This document shows, in pieces, positions 18,153 through 25,062 of a DNA stretch of 41,275 nt; positions within the stretch are counted from its first letter, which is position 1; the number at the start of each line of letters is the position of its first letter. Both the position numbers and the translations under genes were made by a program. The notes below the pieces were generated by a model. The model saw nothing but the letters and a program-made list of their open reading frames with translations. It ran no database searches and was not told the DNA's origin. Source of the DNA: Faecousia sp. (GTDB lineage: Bacteria; Bacillota; Clostridia; Oscillospirales; Oscillospiraceae); contig JAZSKZ010000095.1 in the NCBI GenBank assembly GCA_045535135.1, positions 1 to 41,275 on the forward strand, in the 5' to 3' direction.

Positions 18153-18653
18153 CTATAACATCAATTTATGCAGCCAGGGAGAAGCTAGGAAATAATCCAA
18201 AAAGACTACAAGTATCAAAATGGCAAATATGTACAATAACTGTCTATTCTTCCCACTATCAAGAAGAACACGGGAACAAAGGCAAAGAAACAGAAGATTA
18301 ATGCACCGGTCAGCAAAAAACAGAGGCCAAAAGACAATCCATAGTGCACTGCCGAAGGCATAACTTGCCGCATACAAAACAAATCCGTCAAAAAAAGCCT
18401 TTATAAAGGACAATGGAAAAATAAGATACCGCAGACCAAAATAACTCAAAACTATGCACAGAAAAACAGGCAATGTCGCGAGCAAAACGCCAGGAGAGAT
18501 TGGTAAAGACGAAGCAGCGTATAGGTACGCAGAAAGTGTACTACCATCACATCGTCCGCACAAAAGTCCAAACGAAAGACCAATTGTCCAAACGATGACA
18601 AATACAGTCAACGTGTCAGACTTTGTAAAAAGCTTTGAAACTACCTTTTGCAT
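18153..18653 (-). CDS. Membrane protein, probable divergent SpoIIM
   Basis: Highly hydrophobic 166 aa, IFPLSFIKAFFDGF; spoIIM-xerD adjacency is typical of Firmicutes. Confidence 0.6.
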   Translation of the reverse strand: MQKVVSKLFTKSDTLTVFVIVWTIGLSFGLLCGRCDGSTLSAYLYAASSLPISPGVLLATLPVFLCIVLSYFGLRYLIFPLSFIKAFFDGFVLYAASYAFGSALWIVFWPLFFADRCINLLFLCLCSRVLLDSGKNRQLLYIFAILILVVFLDYFLASPWLHKLML

Positions 18654-18754
18654 AAATATTCACCCTATTCATTAGTTGCATATTCATTCAATCGAAAATG
18701 TATAGAGCAGAAAATCCCTGCAAATTAGCAGATTTTTGAGAGTACAGTGTGATT

Positions 18755-18783
18755 ACTATACACCAAAAAATGCTAAAAAGCAA
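18755..18783 (-). promoter_or_regulatory. sigA promoter upstream of spoIIM-like/xerD
   Basis: Minus strand TTGCTT-N17-TATAGT. Confidence 0.6.
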
Positions 18784-18825
18784 GAACATTTCCGCACAAA
18801 TAATCATTTTTGTGGATTATGCCAA

Positions 18826-18853
18826 ATTTTATGTAAACATCGTTATGTAAACC
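18826..18853 (+). other. Candidate dif (Xer recombination) site
   Basis: ATTTTATGTAA-ACATCG-TTATGTAAACC, 11-6-11 layout; right arm 10/11 to the B. subtilis XerD arm TTATGTAAACT (recalled). Confidence 0.45.
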
Positions 18854-19007
18854 AGTGCAACCATCCTTCATCTTTTATTCTATTGCTTGGATTACCAGAA
18901 CATGTGGTATTCTTACATTTAATTTCATCACAATATGTAGATTACGAAAAATGTCAAAATTTTTCCATAATTTCCCTTTTGCCATTCCATTGTGTATTTT
19001 GCACAAC

Positions 19008-19433
19008 TCAACGAATTTTGATTTTTCTCCTCTTCCCTTTCGCGTGGTTTTTCCCCGCAAAAATTGCGATTGAAATCAACCAGGCGCCCGTCGCCATAGC
19101 AATTCCATGCAGTAAATTTTCGACTTTCCCATCCAGTAAAAGGATATTCACACATACCAGAACAGCAGTATATACTATTACCGAAATTCCCGATACAATT
19201 GCCTTTTTCTCTGCAGAGATCGCCATTGCAAGAAGACTACCGGTAACCATCGAAACCACTTTTGTAACCCCCACCCAAATATCCAGCGTGCTCTGTGGAA
19301 GCGATTCGTTCCAAATCAGATAGCTACCCAGAGCCGACAGAATGAGCGTAACTAAGATGCTTGTACATAGCGCTGTCGCCACTGCCTTTGGCACATTCAT
19401 ATTTCGCTTTGTTTTTCGATGTACTGTTTTCAT
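19008..19433 (-). CDS. Four-TM membrane protein (TIGR04086/YrzE-like)
   Basis: Four hydrophobic segments, basic C-terminal tail, strong RBS. Confidence 0.7.
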   Translation of the reverse strand: MKTVHRKTKRNMNVPKAVATALCTSILVTLILSALGSYLIWNESLPQSTLDIWVGVTKVVSMVTGSLLAMAISAEKKAIVSGISVIVYTAVLVCVNILLLDGKVENLLHGIAMATGAWLISIAIFAGKNHAKGKRRKIKIR

Positions 19434-19473
19434 TAAACCCTCCCCTTTCGCTTCATTCTATTGTTCGAAACGC

Positions 19474-19503
19474 AAAAAAATGCCCGGAACTTTCGTTCCG
19501 GGC
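19474..19503 (-). terminator. Terminator of pgm
   Basis: Minus strand GCCCGGAAC-GAAA-GTTCCGGGC-ATTTTTTT. Confidence 0.9.
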
Positions 19504-19514
19504 TGTTACATATT

Positions 19515-21209
19515 TTATTTTTCCATTTGTTTGCGCATTGCGTCGATGATTGCCTGGGCAGAAGCTTTGTCATCTCCTACAGCTGTATAGTAGAACTTGA
19601 CTTTAGGCTCCGTACCGGAGGGTCTGGCGATGATACTGCCCTTTTCCCCCAGTATCAGCTCCAGTACGTTGGATTTCGGCAAAGAAATCGGGTCGCAGCC
19701 GCCATTTACCAGGTCCTTGGAAGTACGCATACCGTAATCATTAATCTTCGTAACCGCAAAACCGGCCACTTCCTTCGGTGCAGATTCACGCAGATCAGAC
19801 ATAATCTTTGCCGCTTTCTCCATAGCATCTGCGCCGGAGAGCTCCAGACTGGTTACATGAGACAGATAATAACCGTACTTCTTATACAAATCTGCCATTG
19901 CGTCCAAAACAGACATGCCGTTCAGCTTACAGTATGCGGCCAGTTCGCACACCAGCATAGAGGCCACAACCGCATCCTTATCACGGCAGTAAGTGCCCTT
20001 TAGATAACCACAGCTCTCTTCAAATCCGAAGACGAAGCGGTGCTCCTCATGATTATTTTCCAGCTGTAGAATCTCGCCGCCAATATATTTGAAACCAGTT
20101 AGCACAGCCTTCATGGTTACGCCGTAGTTTGCGGCAATCCTGTCAGCCAAAGGAGAAGAAACCAAGCTCCTGACCGCAATTGCGTCTTGAGGGATGTCCC
20201 CTTTTGCCTGGCGCGCTTTCAAAATATAATCAAGAAGCAGGCAGCCGAGCTCATTGCCGGTGATTTTTACAAATGAATCTCCGCAGGGAACAGCAATTGC
20301 CACACGATCGCAATCCGGGTCAGTACCGAGAATCACATCGCAAGGGGCATTTGCAGCCACCTTGTAGCTTTCGTTCAGTGCAGCGTCTGTCTCAGGATTC
20401 GGATACTCGCAGGTCTTAAAATCGCCGTCAGGCTTTTCCTGGCAGGCTACGACCGTAATGTTAGCACCAAGTCTGCCCAGCACCTCACGGACAGGCTCGT
20501 TTCCGGTTCCACAGAGAGGTGTAAACACCACATTCAATCCGGATTTTGCGATAATTTCCGGGTTAACAGCTTCATTGAGCACCGTCTTATAATAATTCTC
20601 CCACATATCCTGGCTAATATAATGGATAAGACCGGCTTCCATATATTCAGAAAAGCTCTTTTCTTCAGGAACGAAATACGGAATCTCGGCAATAATCTTT
20701 GTAACAACCGCCGCCGGTGCATCGGTCATTTGGCAGCCGTCAGGTCCGTAGCACTTTACACCGTTATACGCACCGGCATTATGACTTGCGGAAATTACAA
20801 TACCGCAGCCGCAGCCCAGTTCTCGCACTGCATAGGAAAGCATTGGTGTTGGAGCAAGACGGTCGTAAAGATACGCATTAATCCCCTTCTCTGCAAATGC
20901 AACAGCACAAACCTCCGCAAATTCCTGCGATTGATGGCGACTATCATAACCAATCGCAGCTTTTTGGGGCAGATCGGTTGTACTGAGCCATTGTGCCATA
21001 CCCTGTGCTGCCCGGCGCACAGTATAAATGTTCAATCGATTACTGCCCATTCCCATAATACCGCGCATACCGGCTGTGCCAAATTGCAGATCCCCGGAAA
21101 AGCGGCCTTTCAGTTCCTCGCTGTCATTGGCAACAGAGCGAAGTTCGTCTTTTACCTGACTGGGCAAGTCTGCATTACACCAAAATTCATAGCGTTCCAA
21201 ATAGTTCAT
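19515..21209 (-). CDS. pgm: Phosphoglucomutase/phosphomannomutase
   Basis: FGTAGMRG, ISASHN, DPDCDR, FEESCG, RPSGTEPKVK; start by GGAGG. Confidence 0.95.
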   Translation of the reverse strand: MNYLERYEFWCNADLPSQVKDELRSVANDSEELKGRFSGDLQFGTAGMRGIMGMGSNRLNIYTVRRAAQGMAQWLSTTDLPQKAAIGYDSRHQSQEFAEVCAVAFAEKGINAYLYDRLAPTPMLSYAVRELGCGCGIVISASHNAGAYNGVKCYGPDGCQMTDAPAAVVTKIIAEIPYFVPEEKSFSEYMEAGLIHYISQDMWENYYKTVLNEAVNPEIIAKSGLNVVFTPLCGTGNEPVREVLGRLGANITVVACQEKPDGDFKTCEYPNPETDAALNESYKVAANAPCDVILGTDPDCDRVAIAVPCGDSFVKITGNELGCLLLDYILKARQAKGDIPQDAIAVRSLVSSPLADRIAANYGVTMKAVLTGFKYIGGEILQLENNHEEHRFVFGFEESCGYLKGTYCRDKDAVVASMLVCELAAYCKLNGMSVLDAMADLYKKYGYYLSHVTSLELSGADAMEKAAKIMSDLRESAPKEVAGFAVTKINDYGMRTSKDLVNGGCDPISLPKSNVLELILGEKGSIIARPSGTEPKVKFYYTAVGDDKASAQAIIDAMRKQMEK

Positions 21210-21231
21210 ACCATACCTCCAAAAATATTTG

Positions 21232-21263
21232 AAAAAGCAGCTCAAAGGGAATTGAGCTGCTTT
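21232..21263 (-). terminator. Terminator-like hairpin between coaD operon and pgm
   Basis: AAAGCAGCTCAA-AGGGAA-TTGAGCTGCTTT. Confidence 0.8.
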
Positions 21264-21269
21264 CTGTCT

Positions 21270-21776
21270 TTAAGCTTCATTCGCAACAGTTTCGTTGGCA
21301 TTGCGCTTTTCCTGTGCTTCTACCAACGCGTTAAATTTCGCACGGGTGTTCTTCACGTCCTCAAGACTCATAGCGATAGCCTCTTCGGTACGACGCAGAG
21401 CGTCATCCATATAGTCGTTGCTCGCCTTGCGCACTTCGGCCATACGGGCTTGAGTCTGGATGACCATTTCCTGGCACTGACGCTTGGCTTCCAAATAGAT
21501 AGCTTCCTCGGACACCTTGGCTGCAGCTTCCTCCTGCGCCTTACGAATAATGGTTTCAGCCTCACGGCGAGCCTGACCAATCAGTTCGTTGCGGGATTCC
21601 ACAATAGTACGTGCCTGCTTCAGCTCAACAGGCATCTGTGCCATTACTTCATCCAGCATATCGAGAATCTTATCCCGTTCAAGAATACATTTATCGGCAC
21701 CAAGAGGCAGAGCGCGGGCGTCTTGTACCATATCATACAGCGCAGAGATAATTTCTTCAATGTTCTGTTCGTTCAT
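21270..21776 (-). CDS. Conserved coiled-coil protein downstream of coaD (DivIVA/ATPase-subunit-like annotations)
   Basis: DMVQDARALPL, PVELKQARTIV, A/E-rich coiled coil; conserved context. Confidence 0.8.
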   Translation of the reverse strand: MNEQNIEEIISALYDMVQDARALPLGADKCILERDKILDMLDEVMAQMPVELKQARTIVESRNELIGQARREAETIIRKAQEEAAAKVSEEAIYLEAKRQCQEMVIQTQARMAEVRKASNDYMDDALRRTEEAIAMSLEDVKNTRAKFNALVEAQEKRNANETVANEA

Positions 21777-21778
21777 TT

Positions 21779-22273
21779 CTATTTCCTCCTGTTTGCACTA
21801 GCAATTCTTTTCTTAAACTCCGGAATAATTTCCTCCGGAAGGAAGTCCGTAAGATCCACATCATAAGTTCCCAGTTCTTTTACTGTACTGGAGCTGAGAT
21901 ATGTGTATTGATGCTCTGCAGGCAAAAACATCGTATCCAGATCAGGGTTAATTTTGTGGTTAATCAGCGCCATCTGGAATTCATTTTCAAAGTCTGAGCT
22001 TGCCCGCAAGCCCTTCACAATCACGCATTTTCCCTGACGCCGGGCATATTCCGCAAGAAGCTCGTCAGAAGAATCGACGGTTACATTGTGCAGGTTGCTT
22101 ACAACTTTTGAGATCATATTCACCCGTTCTTCCCGGGTGAACATCGGGTTTTTTTCGGCATTGACCATAACGCAGACAATTAACTTATCAAAGATATTCG
22201 ATGCACGACGGATAATATTCAAATGCCCGTTGGTAATCGGGTCAAAGCTACCGGGATAAATAGCAATTTTCAT
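21779..22273 (-). CDS. coaD: Phosphopantetheine adenylyltransferase
   Basis: YPGSFDPITNGH, KGLRASSDFENE, LSSSTVKE. Confidence 0.98.
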   Translation of the reverse strand: MKIAIYPGSFDPITNGHLNIIRRASNIFDKLIVCVMVNAEKNPMFTREERVNMISKVVSNLHNVTVDSSDELLAEYARRQGKCVIVKGLRASSDFENEFQMALINHKINPDLDTMFLPAEHQYTYLSSSTVKELGTYDVDLTDFLPEEIIPEFKKRIASANRRK

Positions 22274-22286
22274 AACCCACCCTCAT

Positions 22287-22832
22287 TTATCCATTCTTTC
22301 TGTAAAGGGCAAGAACGGTATTGCCGTACTTATAGTCCTTAGAGCGAGTAAAACAAGTAAACTCCAGAGAAAGATCCTTTCCAAAAGGTCTCTCAGCTAC
22401 TATTATACCATCAGATTGTAAAATGTCAATTTCTGAAAGCAATTTTATTGAATTTTCCAGAAATTCTTCTCCATACGGTGGATCAAGGAGAATAATATTA
22501 AAAGTTTCACCGGTACTCTTCAAGTATGAAAGATAGTCAGAACGCACAATTTTAGCATTTTCAGAAAAACCGGTTCTTCGTAAATTCTCCCGAATCACGC
22601 CGCAGGCGCTTTCATTCTTATCAACAAAAACGCAGGATTTTGCGCCGCGACTAAGCGCTTCAATACCAAGCTGTCCGGTGCCGCCAAACAGATCCAGCAC
22701 TTTTGCGCCGGGAAGCTCAAATTGTATTATGCTGAACATTGCCTCTTTTACTCTGTCAGCAGTCGGGCGAGTTGTCATTCCGTCCGGGGTTTTGAGTGTT
22801 GTACCGCGGGCTTTACCAGAAATTACACGCAT
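22287..22832 (-). CDS. rsmD: 16S rRNA m2G966 methyltransferase
   Basis: MRVISGKARG, TRPTADRVKEAMF, LDLFGGTGQLGIEALSRGA, DPPY. Confidence 0.97.
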   Translation of the reverse strand: MRVISGKARGTTLKTPDGMTTRPTADRVKEAMFSIIQFELPGAKVLDLFGGTGQLGIEALSRGAKSCVFVDKNESACGVIRENLRRTGFSENAKIVRSDYLSYLKSTGETFNIILLDPPYGEEFLENSIKLLSEIDILQSDGIIVAERPFGKDLSLEFTCFTRSKDYKYGNTVLALYRKNG

Positions 22833-22835
22833 ATT

Positions 22836-24653
22836 TCAGTCCTCTTTTTGGGAAAAATGTCTGTATACCGCCAATGCCGCCGGTTTCGGAAGCAGCCTTT
22901 CCAGTTCGGGAAGGGTTGCATTGGAAATTGCCGTAATTGACTTAAAATGCTTCAACAGCTGCTGTTTCCGCACCTGACCAATTCCAGGAATATCGTCAAG
23001 CTGGGAATGGCGTATTCGTTTACTTCTCAGAGATTTCTGATAACCAATGGCAAAGCGGTGCGTTTCCTCCTGAATGTTTCCTATCAGAGAAAAGACCGCC
23101 GGATGATTATCGATTCTAATCTCCTGCCCTTCCGGCGAAACCAGTGCCCGTGTACGGTGCCGGTCATCCTTGACCATACCAAAGACAGGAATGCTTATTT
23201 GCAACTGATCCAGCGCTTTCCGGACAACACCGGCGTGGAGCGCACCGCCATCAATAAGCAGCAGGTCAGGCAGTTCCGCAAACCCGGCATCCCCGTTCGT
23301 GTATCGCAGGAAACGACGCATTACCGCCTGGAACATTGACTCATAATCGTCAGCCTGCGAAAGGCCCTGAATCTTAAATTTCTTATATGCCGAAGGCTTA
23401 GGGCGGCCGTCCTCAAACACGACCATACCGGCTACAATATCTGTGTTCCCAAGATTAGAAATATCAAAGGACTCCATTCTTCTGGGTAAATCTACCGACA
23501 GCATTCTTCCCAAAAGATTCAATGTTCCAAGGTGCTGTGTTTCTTTATCAGAAGCGCGTTGCACCTCCTGCACCGCATTTTCACAAGCCAGCTGAACAAG
23601 CTTCTTTTTGTCGCCACGGGAAGGAATAAGGAGCTTAAGCTTTTTCCCCGACTTTTGCAGAACGTACTCGCACAGCGGTGTACTGTCTTGCAGCGAGAAA
23701 GGAAGTAAAATCTCTCTGGGGAAAACATCACGGCTCAGATAATACTGCTCTAACAAAGTTGTAACCGCACAGGCAGAAGACTCTTCCTGTACAAAAAGTT
23801 GATAGTCTTTGCTAACCAGTTTTCCGTCGGCATAATGAAGCAGTACAAAACAAGCCCTATCTGCGATTTCACCATAACCGACTACATCGGTATCGATATG
23901 CTTTCCGGCTGTAACAAGCTGTTTTTGCCCTAAATTTTCTACAGCAGTAAGCCTGTCCCTCAGGGATGCCGCAAGTTCAAAGCGCATCGCATCTGCAGCT
24001 TCCAGCATTTCACTGCGAATGGCATCTGTTACTGTCTTGAAATTGCCCTGAAGAAGATGCTTAGCCTGCTCAATTCTCGCCCGGTAAGAAGCGTGGTCTT
24101 CCTTCCCGGTACACCAACCGGCACACTGGTTCATGTGATGATGAAGGCAAGGTCTCCCCTTTCCTATATCACGGGGAAACTTTCGGTTGCAGGAAGGCAA
24201 ATTCAGTATAACAGTAATTGCATCCAGCAGTTCCTTTGTTGTACCGCGACTGCCAAATGGACCAAAATACAACGCCCCATCATCCGCCGGTTTATTAACC
24301 ATCGTAAGCCTGGGATAGGCTTCCTTTTCATCTAACCGTACATAAGGATATCCCTTATCATCCTTCAAAAGAATGTTATACCTGGGCATATGCTGCTTAA
24401 TCAGCGAGCACTCCAATATCAACGCCTCAAACTCTGACCCAGCCACAATCACATCAAAATCGTGGATTTTGCTTACCATAAGCCGTGTCTTTGGCGTATG
24501 GGATGCGGTATCCTGAAAATACTGTGAAACACGATTTTTCAGCTTTTTAGCCTTGCCAACATAGATAACAACTCCGGATTTATCCCGCATAATATACACG
24601 CCGGGAAGTAGTGGCAGGTTTAGTGCTTTTTTCTTACATTCCTCAAAGTCCAT
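22836..24653 (-). CDS. uvrC: Excinuclease ABC subunit C
   Basis: PGVYIM, YVGKAKKLKNRVSQYF, ESFDISN, LIDGG, HRFAI, HhH IPGIG. Confidence 0.98.
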   Translation of the reverse strand: MDFEECKKKALNLPLLPGVYIMRDKSGVVIYVGKAKKLKNRVSQYFQDTASHTPKTRLMVSKIHDFDVIVAGSEFEALILECSLIKQHMPRYNILLKDDKGYPYVRLDEKEAYPRLTMVNKPADDGALYFGPFGSRGTTKELLDAITVILNLPSCNRKFPRDIGKGRPCLHHHMNQCAGWCTGKEDHASYRARIEQAKHLLQGNFKTVTDAIRSEMLEAADAMRFELAASLRDRLTAVENLGQKQLVTAGKHIDTDVVGYGEIADRACFVLLHYADGKLVSKDYQLFVQEESSACAVTTLLEQYYLSRDVFPREILLPFSLQDSTPLCEYVLQKSGKKLKLLIPSRGDKKKLVQLACENAVQEVQRASDKETQHLGTLNLLGRMLSVDLPRRMESFDISNLGNTDIVAGMVVFEDGRPKPSAYKKFKIQGLSQADDYESMFQAVMRRFLRYTNGDAGFAELPDLLLIDGGALHAGVVRKALDQLQISIPVFGMVKDDRHRTRALVSPEGQEIRIDNHPAVFSLIGNIQEETHRFAIGYQKSLRSKRIRHSQLDDIPGIGQVRKQQLLKHFKSITAISNATLPELERLLPKPAALAVYRHFSQKED

Positions 24654-24663
24654 AGCATACTCC

Positions 24664-24701
24664 AAAAAATCCGCCTCCATGCCATATCGCATCGAGGCGG
24701 A
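24664..24701 (-). terminator. Terminator after HPr-like gene, abutting uvrC RBS
   Basis: TCCGCCTC.ATGC-loop-GCAT.GAGGCGGA stem with minus-strand T6. Confidence 0.75.
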
Positions 24702-24712
24702 ATGTGTTGGGA

Positions 24713-24973
24713 TTAGACGACATCCTGCTGCAGTAGAGCTTCCAGCGCTTCCACCGCTTCTACTTCATCTACGCCGTCTGCGGAGAGTATCACCTCGTTG
24801 CCGGTGAATACGCTTAAGGACATAACGCCCAAAAGACTCTTGGCATTCATTTTGCGGTTCTCGGATTCCAACCAAATTCGACAGGAAAAGTCGTTTGCTT
24901 TCTGCACAAAATAGGTTGCCTGGTTATTGTATAAGCCAGACTCGCATTGAACCACAACTTCTTTGCTGTACAT
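24713..24973 (-). CDS. HPr-family protein lacking His15 (Crh-like)
   Basis: 86 aa; NAKSLLGVMSL with Ser46; GLYNNQA in place of GLHARPA. Confidence 0.9.
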   Translation of the reverse strand: MYSKEVVVQCESGLYNNQATYFVQKANDFSCRIWLESENRKMNAKSLLGVMSLSVFTGNEVILSADGVDEVEAVEALEALLQQDVV

Positions 24974-25018
24974 AACCTTACCTCGTCTCTCGCCGTAGCG
25001 ATAATTACTTACCTGTAT

Positions 25019-25046
25019 ATCATAACAAATCTGCAAGAAAAGTCAA
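25019..25046 (-). promoter_or_regulatory. sigA promoter of HPr-like gene
   Basis: Minus strand TTGACT-N16-TATGAT with TGn. Confidence 0.7.
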
Positions 25047-25062
25047 CCTTTTTTCCAAAAAG

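Noticed and set aside
18736-19323. 195-aa + ORF and other short ORFs across the long intergenic region (including a search for a SCIFF-type Cys peptide)
   Set aside because: No convincing RBS, antisense to a real gene, and no six-Cys peptide seen
19468-19481. AAACGCAAAAAAAT, 13/14 match to the palindrome left arm
   Set aside because: Mostly the A-tract of the pgm terminator; low complexity and no partner arm
20622-21866. 414-aa ORF on + strand
   Set aside because: Antisense shadow of pgm and the coiled-coil gene; no recognisable motifs
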